From: Diadema antillarum
Taxonomy: Eukaryota
Length of the DNA: 64,000 bases
Direction: 5' to 3'
Assembly (NCBI RefSeq): GCF_040938485.1
Contig: NW_027272677.1
Coordinates: forward strand, 186,001-250,000
Position 1 is the stretch's first letter, and each line of letters begins with the position of its first letter. A model generated the notes under the pieces. It worked only from the letters and a program-made list of their open reading frames with translations. It did no database searches and was not told the origin of the DNA. A program made the position numbers and the translations under genes. Shown piece by piece: positions 62,901-64,000 of the stretch.

Positions 62901-63452
62901 AGCTTATCTTCGATGTATTTTCATATTTCTTTCTTTCTGCAACTGTCTTTGCAATAACTCAAGAAAAAACAGGCCCTATCACCCCCATCTTTGGCACATG
63001 TTTAGTTCATGTCACGTACATTATTTCATAAAATAACTATTTGATCTGACAACATCTTGGGTATGCAAATTAGGGTCAAAGGTCATACATTTTTTATCTA
63101 GTATCTTGGTGAATACCTGTCCTATCTTTCCCATATTTTGCACACGTATAGACGATGTCGCAAGAATCATTTCACAAAATAACCACTTTTTGCTCAGATG
63201 CCATCTTGGGAGTGTAAAGGTGGGTCAAAGGTCATGTGTATTTGTTGCTGTATCTTCGTTATCTAGTGTATGCAGAATTTGGTACCAAAGATGGCAGATA
63301 TGACTTCCTTTTCTAAATGAGAATCCAAACATCACACGGCCAATGTCTCTAAACACAGATGAAACCTGTATGGTCATCAGGATTCGAATCATTGATCAAA
63401 AAAAAATCGGATCACCTTAATTTGTCAGTAATGACAAATTACAATCTCTAGT
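59991..63452 (+). mobile_element. Complete Helentron/DINE-like non-autonomous element carrying a ~564-bp tandem array
   Basis: 5' subTIR plus inverted copy (GGTGATCCGA...TCGGATCACC). 3' subTIR TCGGATCACC (63407-63416), followed by hairpin AATTTGTCA-gtaa-TGACAAATT and CTAG-TTTT. T-run flanks. Confidence 0.75.
61010..63250 (+). repeat. ~564-bp tandem repeat, ~4 copies
   Basis: Anchor gtgttatctctatgggag at 61010, 61577, 62141 and 62703 (periods 567, 564, 562). Confidence 0.92.
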
Positions 63453-64000
63453 TTTATGCGTGGTTTCCTTCTTTTCGTTATACATTGCATATTATATTTG
63501 TTCGGTTATGACGAAATTTCGTTAAAACGAAAAAAAAAAAAAAAAACTGCCGGTCCTGAGCATTTCGTTTTAACGGGAGTGCACTGCACATGAACACACA
63601 CGAGATAAATCCCTTGTAATGAGAGAAAGAGGAAAGGTGAGTTATGAATGACAGGAATAGACTACCTTCACGGTGGACAGAGAAAAGCGAGAGGGAAGAG
63701 GAAGATGATGGGTCAAAACCAGGGCACGTGAGGCATGAGATATAAGCGCCTCAAAATAAAGAAGTGTTACATGGAGTTGTGGTAAACGATAGACAATTGT
63801 GGTTAAAAAATTATTGCAAAAAGTTTAACTCATTCTGAAGTGTAACATTTCTTCAAAATGTCTTTAGTTCAATGATAAAGGCATTCAAACTTAAAACTTT
63901 TATTTTATACTATACTATCAAGAGAAATCCAAAATTTCGGAACAGCAAAAGAAAATACAGATTTAGCGAAAATAGTTTTGGTTAAAGGCATTGACATTTA

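Larger units (their letters stand above)
57422..63586. mobile_element. Tc1/pogo-like TIR pair bracketing nested insertions
   Basis: TA|CAGTGCACTCCCGTTACAACG at 57422 and CGTTTTAACGGGAGTGCACTG ending at 63586 (20 of 21 positions complementary). That they belong to one element is inferred. Confidence 0.55.

Noticed and set aside
61010-63250. CRISPR-like or gene-family reading of the regularly repeated units and their repeated 62-69 aa ORFs
   Set aside because: The units are contiguous ~564-bp tandem copies without unique spacers, there are no cas genes, the context is eukaryotic, and the ORFs have no domain signature.

Overview
Eukaryotic, AT-rich, repeat-dense genomic DNA. It looks like an invertebrate deuterostome, probably an echinoderm; this is an inference from the HYR-rich gene, L2 LINE, Deu-like SINE and Helentron-like repeats. 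One protein-coding host gene could be reconstructed by hand on the minus strand, from ATG 44352 to stop 6273. It has 19 phase-compatible coding exons with GT-AG junctions (one acceptor is hidden in a 135-N gap) and encodes a ~1,700-1,740 aa type I membrane protein: signal peptide - 9 HYR - PAN/apple - 2 HYR - SEA - partial EGF + EGF - TM - ~490 aa low-complexity cytoplasmic tail. The membrane-proximal SEA-EGF-TM part resembles transmembrane mucins/IMPG proteins, but the stalk is built from HYR domains rather than a PTS mucin region. The central stalk is a triplicated two-exon module (4-Cys HYR plus WTPPT-type HYR). One intron holds an L2-clade LINE with an uninterrupted 975-aa APE-RT ORF2. The rest is intronic or intergenic DNA carrying Harbinger-, Kolobok-, Tc1/pogo- and EnSpm-like MITEs, tRNA-derived SINEs, Helentron-like elements with internal tandem arrays (~155 bp and ~564 bp), a 15-bp minisatellite and microsatellites. 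No rRNA, intact tRNA or CRISPR array is supported. All domain and TE family names come from motif recognition by eye, not from database searches.
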